A stretch of DNA of 64,000 bases, taken from positions 97,510,176 through 97,574,175 of the forward strand of contig NC_068988.1 in NCBI RefSeq assembly GCF_001194135.2, in the 5' to 3' direction. Position 1 is the first letter of the stretch. Each line of letters opens with the position of its first letter. Below are positions 63,866 to 64,000 of this stretch, piece by piece. Made by a program: the position numbers and the translations under genes. This DNA is from Octopus bimaculoides (lineage: Eukaryota). The notes below the pieces were generated by a model, which searched no databases, was not told where the DNA came from, and was given only the letters and a program-made list of their open reading frames with translations.

Positions 63866-64000
63866 AAGCATTAGTTATAGAACAAGCATTAATTTTGGGT
63901 CAACGACTATACATACAACCCCACCCCTCAAACATTTAATCATATATAAAAAAAAAACACCATGGTCTACAACCACATAAAAAGAATAATACATATACAT

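Overview
AT-rich, microsatellite-saturated animal genomic DNA with about 12 assembly gaps. The repeat content (tRNA-Arg-like CORE-type SINEs, dense CA/GT/TA/GA runs) suggests a coleoid cephalopod, probably octopus; this is inference. I cannot support any intact protein-coding gene. Nearly all ORFs in the supplied track are microsatellite read-throughs, N-spanning frames or decayed transposon fragments, and only a few weak candidate exons remain. The recognisable content is a transposon graveyard: pogo/Tigger, mariner (3), a DD37D/maT-like element, a long-TIR MITE, a CR1-type LINE, Tx1-type LINEs (3), restriction-like-endonuclease (R4/Dong-like) LINEs (4), Penelope-like elements (PLEs; 2 clear, 1 weak) and many SINEs. 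The most notable signal outside the ORF track is at least 7-8 dispersed minimal type-I hammerhead-ribozyme-like motifs with palindromic stem III, as known from PLEs, in varying states of decay. Also present are a 110-bp near-perfect palindrome built from a PLE-like tail, back-to-back retroelement junctions, a LINE inserted into a (TAA)n repeat, and two compact structured-RNA candidates near 63 kb. All analysis was by eye, and TE boundaries are approximate (tens of bp).
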